Source: Octopus vulgaris
Lineage: Eukaryota
NCBI GenBank assembly: GCA_951406725.2
Contig: OX597821.1
Span: forward strand, 43,214,001-43,278,000
DNA: 64,000 bases
Direction of reading: 5' to 3'
The stretch's first letter is position 1. Each line of letters opens with the position of its first letter. This document shows, piece by piece, positions 63,545 to 64,000 of the stretch. Below the pieces are notes generated by a model. It had not been told where the DNA came from, did not search any database, and saw nothing but the letters and a program-made list of their open reading frames with translations. A program made the position numbers and the translations under genes.

Positions 63545-64000
63545 ATGACCTAATTATTATCATGGCTGGTGACTTCAATAGATAAGTTGGGCAGCATCCA
63601 AATGGATTCCATGGAGGCTATGGTTTTGATTCAAGGAGCATGTCACAGAGTACTGTGACACTATGACTCGACAATTTCCAACACTAACTTCAAGAAACCA
63701 GCCAGATACTTGGCCACCTACAAAGGTGAAACAAGTAGAGAGATTTCATTCACCAGAATAATTGAAATATAGATGGCTGCAAATACTGTCTTTCTCAAAT
63801 GAAGAATGTACTACCCAACTTTACAGTATTAACTACATAGACTCAGAGATACAAAGCAATTTGGCAGACAACTGGGAGTTCCTATGGAACAACATGCAGA
63901 GGGCTACAACAAACTGGATAAGTGGCTGAGGACTTGGGACAGTGACAAACACCACTCTCAAGATGATGCATTTCACAAAGTAAAAAACGACCATGGTGAT
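63545..64000 (+). mobile_element. Decayed LINE endonuclease-region fragment
   Basis: IIIMAGDFN..VGQHPNGFHGGYGF, an APE endonuclease GDFN motif typical of RTE elements. Confidence 0.55.

Overview
This is AT-rich, intron-rich animal genomic DNA; its SINE, RTE-tail and microsatellite content suggests an octopus (inference). It holds two convergent spliced genes. The first is the last seven coding exons of translation initiation factor eIF2-gamma (EIF2S3, + strand, 1-6884, 5' part outside the window). The second is vesicle-transport protein SFT2 (SFT2D1/2-like, - strand), with six exons from 32586 down to the stop at 10204. I could not find the expected ATG exon of SFT2, so 32587-64000 is probably one very long first intron. 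The rest is mostly decayed mobile DNA: mariner, Tc1, DD41D and maT-type transposons, RTE LINEs and their 3' tails, tRNA-derived SINEs, TTAA-flanked MITEs, Helitron-like ends and Penelope-like inverted repeats. Most of the supplied ORFs are spurious. The most interesting signals are: (1) a near-canonical type I hammerhead ribozyme fold (18940-19025) plus seven degenerate relatives, most on the SFT2 sense strand; (2) two related frame-preserving micro-exon candidates (ALLSPSERSG and DLMSPSSLKSM) in the long intron; (3) several perfect or near-perfect fold-back hairpins, with arms up to 101 bp; (4) a LINE with twin-priming-type inversion. All calls were made by eye and no database searches were run.
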